Below, piece after piece: positions 62,801-64,000 of a DNA stretch of 64,000 nt (its first letter is position 1; every line of letters begins with the position of its first letter). The stretch lies in NCBI RefSeq assembly GCF_009914755.1, contig NC_060930.1. One strand, written 5' to 3'. Made by a program: the position numbers and the translations under genes. The DNA is from the human T2T-CHM13v2.0 reference genome, Homo sapiens. The notes under the pieces are model-generated. The model was not told where the DNA came from. It worked only from the letters and a program-made list of their open reading frames with translations, and did no database searches.

Positions 62801-64000
62801 TTGCCCCACATTGCTCACCAGAAGAGCCCCTGACCAAGAGACTGGTGAGAACCTGGGTTGTGCTATCGCAACAAGCATGCTAGAATAACAGTGTCTGAGC
62901 TCAAGCTGTAATAAAGAGAGGGAATTGTGCAGGACTCCTGAGGAGTGGTTCCAGAGGTCTCCACTCAGCTGCTGAGCTGATAATTGTAGGCATGATGTCC
63001 TTAGATCATGTGATAGCAATGGCTTTGCTTCTTCAGAGACTGATGGAAGCTAAAAGGAGTATGATTTAAAATTGAAAACTAATATTTCGTGATAATAATA
63101 ATGAGTACCATTCACATGTGCAGGCAGTACTAGGGGGCTTGCATTTGTTATTTGTACTCCTTAAAGTAACTTGGTATAGTAGCTATTCATAATTACCCTG
63201 CCCCCTCACAGAAGAGTAAGAAACCCAAACTTTAAACAACTTGCCTTGTCATAGAACCCAAAAGGTTGAGATAGCCAGATCTGTACCGTCTTCCTCCTAT
63301 AGATATGTCCCAGAGGAAGACTTCAGAAGTTAAAGGAAATGAGAATAGGCAGTGCTCCGAAGAGACTGTTTAATGTTTTGTTGGATGTCCTGAAACTAAA
63401 TGTATGATTTCCTTCGAATGTGATTCTCTTGCTGTGTGTGATAAAGTTGAATAAAACCAACTTGATGGGTTGAACTGGAAGGAGTAAGATTCGATGGGAG
63501 GGCAATAGGTAATACGGGGAAAGAAAGGTTGGCCAGGATGGCTGTAACCCAGAGATGGGGTCATAGGCAGAGATATTTAATATATTGGGGCCTTTTGGGC
63601 AACAGATCCATGGGGACAAATGGTTGCTGTGGAGGTGTGCGCCCTCATCCTTTACATCTTGAACCCTAGGTTACTAGGAGAAATGTTCTCTATGCTGATT
63701 ATGCCCTGTTGTATGCTCTGCACAAAGGTGTTCTTGTGAGTGGAAGGAGTTTATCAATATATTGCAGCCTACTGAGGGAGTTGAATGCAAGAGAGGGAGT
63801 AGAAAGGAGGAGGCCAGAGTTGGGTTTGTTGGTGGAAGGGAGGGAATTGAGGGTCTGGGGGAGTGTAGACAGCCTCCATCTGTAAAGGGAAAGATTCAGT
63901 CAACACACACTGGTAGGGAGGAGGCCTGCAGGAGTGGTCAATGAAGCTGCTGTTTACACTCTTCATCTGTCCAGTTTAATTGCTCCAAGATCATTGTGCT

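Larger units (their letters stand above)
51025..64000 (+). other. SH3BGRL2: SH3BGRL2 intron 1 (partial)
   Basis: Begins at GT donor; the expected exon 2 peptide (IKKKQQDVV..., recalled) was not seen in the window. Confidence 0.85.

Overview
Primate (almost certainly human) genomic DNA. The only gene I can support is the 5' end of SH3BGRL2: a CpG-island promoter (~50.38-51.27 kb), first coding exon MVIRVFIASSSGFVA (ATG 50980, GT donor 51025) and the start of intron 1, which runs past the window end. From memory this is 6q14.1, next to LCA5 (not checkable here). The ~50 kb upstream is repeat-dense intergenic DNA: a disrupted L1PA ORF2/3'UTR (1-3265), older L1 fragments, about 25 Alu elements, ERV1 and MaLR LTRs, MER2/MER30/MER58/Charlie DNA transposons, L2/MIR relics and microsatellites. 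Nearly all other ORFs in the track are Alu, L1 or low-complexity artefacts. Repeat subfamily names come from recalled consensus sequences and need RepeatMasker/Dfam confirmation. I found no evidence for an undescribed biological system. The best leads are modest: a stop-free, ATG-free in-frame leader with a candidate CTG start; a ZNF143/THAP11-type promoter motif; an RFX X-box in non-repeat sequence; a templated-insertion-like scar in intron 1; and several rearranged Alu/L1 structures.
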